Shown here: positions 62,801 to 64,000 of the stretch, in pieces | Layout of the letters: every line of letters starts with the position of its first letter | Numbering within the stretch: the stretch's first letter is position 1 | The notes under the pieces: generated by a model | Told to the model about the DNA's origin: nothing | Database searches by the model: none | The model's input: only the letters and a program-made list of their open reading frames with translations | Made by a program: the position numbers and the translations under genes | Source of the DNA: Eledone cirrhosa | Lineage: Eukaryota | DNA: 64,000 nt | Direction: 5' to 3' | NCBI GenBank assembly: GCA_964016885.1 | Contig: OZ024744.1 | Span: forward strand, 51,708,001 to 51,772,000

Positions 62801-64000
62801 TGGTGGAGTTATGGGACTGTTGTGAGACCGGAATGAGAGAAAGACGTCGTTGGTTGACTTATGGTATGGTTGTGAGACAGGAATGATAGGACGATGTCGT
62901 TGGTGGAGTTATGGTACGGTTGTGAGACAGGAATGAGAGGAAGACGTCGTTGGTGGAGTTTTGGTACGGTTGTGAGACAGGAATGAGAGAAAGACGTCTT
63001 TGGTGGAGTTATGGTACGGCTGTGAGACAGGAATGAGAGAAAGACCTCGTTGGTGGAATTATGGAACGGCTGTGAGACAGGAATGAGAGAAAGACGTCTT
63101 TGGTGGAGTTATGGTACGGCTGTGAGACAGGAATGAGAGGAAGATGTCGTTGGTGGAGTTATGGTACGGCTGTGAGACAGGAATGAGAGGAAGATGTCGT
63201 TGGTGGAGTTATGGTACGGCTGTGAGACAGGAATCAGTGGAAGATGTCTTTGGTGGAGTTATGGTACGGCTGTGAGACAGGAATGAGAGAAAGACGCCTT
63301 TGGTGGAGTTATGGTACGGCTGTGAGACAGGAATGAGAGAAAGACGTCTTTGGTGGAGTTATGGTACGGCTGTGAGAGAAATGAGAGAAAGATGTCGTTG
63401 GTGGAGTTATGGTACGGCTGTGAGACAGGAATGAGAGGAAGATGTCGTTGGTGGAGTTATGGTACGGCTGTGAGACAGGAATGAGAGGAAGATGTCGTTG
63501 GTGGAGTTATGGTACGGCTGTGAGACAGGAATGAGAGGAAGTCGTCGTTGGTGGAGTTATTGTACGGCGGTGAGAGAGGAATGAGAGGAAGACGTCGTTG
63601 GTGGAGTTATGATATGGTTGTGAGACAGGAATGAGAGAAAGACGTCGTTGGTGGAGTTATGGTACGGTTGTGAGATAGGAATGAGAGGAAGACGTCGTTG
63701 GTGGAGTTATGATACGGCTGTGAGATAGGAATAAGAGAAATAGGTCTTTGGTGGGGTTATGGTACGGCTGTGAGATAGGAATGAGAGGAAGACGTCGTTG
63801 GTGGAGTTATGGTACGGCTGTGAGACAGGAATGAGAGAAAGATGTCGTTGGAGGAGTTAATGGTATGGCTGTGAGACAGGAATGAGAGAAAGATGTCGTT
63901 GGTGGAGTTATGGTACGGTTGTGAGACAGGAATGAGAGGAAGACGTCGTTGGTGGAGTTATGGTACGGCTGTGAGACAGGAATGAGAGGAAGATGTCTTT
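47851..64000 (+). repeat. Array domain B: nearly uniform 50-bp monomers with a distinct set of substitution variants
   Basis: The phase is held for kilobases (e.g. ~53420-55310 and ~59180-61350) and no TTTTAAGG 73-mer is seen. Enriched variants are GAAGAGGTCG, GAGATGAAGAC, CAGGTATGAG, GGAAAGAGAG, TACAGCAGTGAG and GGTTGCGAGA. Confidence 0.8.
49250..53250 (+). repeat. Tandem duplication, period 1,999 bp (40 monomers), containing a nested 450-bp (9-monomer) duplication
   Basis: The identical ORFs at 50307 and 52306 are offset by 1,999. The variant (GTGAG)GGAGG is at 49331, 49781, 51330 and 51780, and GGACTAATGG...GAGGCAGG is at ~51210 and ~53209. Confidence 0.92.

Larger units (their letters stand above)
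1..64000 (+). repeat. Satellite DNA array of a 50-bp monomer (GGAATGAGAGRAAGAYGTCGTTGGTGGAGTTATGGTACGGYTGTGAGACA), ~1,270-1,280 head-to-tail copies, truncated by both window edges
   Basis: TATGGT recurs at 1, 51, 101, 151 and so on, and the first full monomer starts at 21. The same consensus is readable on every line up to 64000 in the same orientation, with no unique sequence between copies. Confidence 0.99.

Noticed and set aside
1-64000. CRISPR array or other repeat-spacer/cassette system
   Set aside because: There are no unique spacers, since every position of the unit is conserved repeat. No leader, cas, recombinase or reverse transcriptase gene is in the window.
1-64000. Telomeric repeat
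   Set aside because: The strand is G-rich, but no canonical short telomere motif such as TTAGGG, TTAGG or TTTAGGG is tandemly repeated. A subtelomeric or non-canonical terminal location cannot be judged from this window.
1-64000. Nucleosome-phasing explanation (3 x 50 = 150 bp, 4 x 50 = 200 bp)
   Set aside because: I saw no consistent 3-mer or 4-mer higher-order periodicity, so the numerical coincidence is unsupported without MNase data.
1-64000. Pure sequencing or assembly artefact (concatemer)
   Set aside because: Shared, hierarchically nested variants and distinct domains indicate a real evolved array. Individual duplications still need read support.

Overview
The whole 64-kb window is one uninterrupted, head-to-tail satellite DNA array in a single orientation. 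The monomer is 50 bp, consensus GGAATGAGAG(G/A)AAGA(T/C)GTCGTTGGTGGAGTTATGGTACGG(C/T)TGTGAGACA, with roughly 1,270-1,280 copies, and the array runs off both ends. I see no unique sequence, inversion, transposon, RNA gene, CRISPR spacer or credible protein-coding gene; all listed ORFs are translations of the repeat. The structure of interest is internal to the array. The left domain (1 to ~47,850) is rich in recurrent length variants (73, 49, 48 and 47 bp) arranged in irregular higher-order blocks. The right domain (~47,850 to the end) is almost purely 50-bp phased and has its own diagnostic substitutions. There are several recent kb-scale tandem duplications (765, ~2,100-2,300, 2,877, ~1,700 and 1,999 bp), a more degenerate island at ~23.3-25.5 kb, extreme G-over-C strand skew, and C>T polymorphism at every consensus cytosine. 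It looks like eukaryotic heterochromatic satellite DNA, but I do not recognise the family or organism. I found no evidence of a new gene-based system. Coordinates and counts were read by eye and internal boundaries are approximate.
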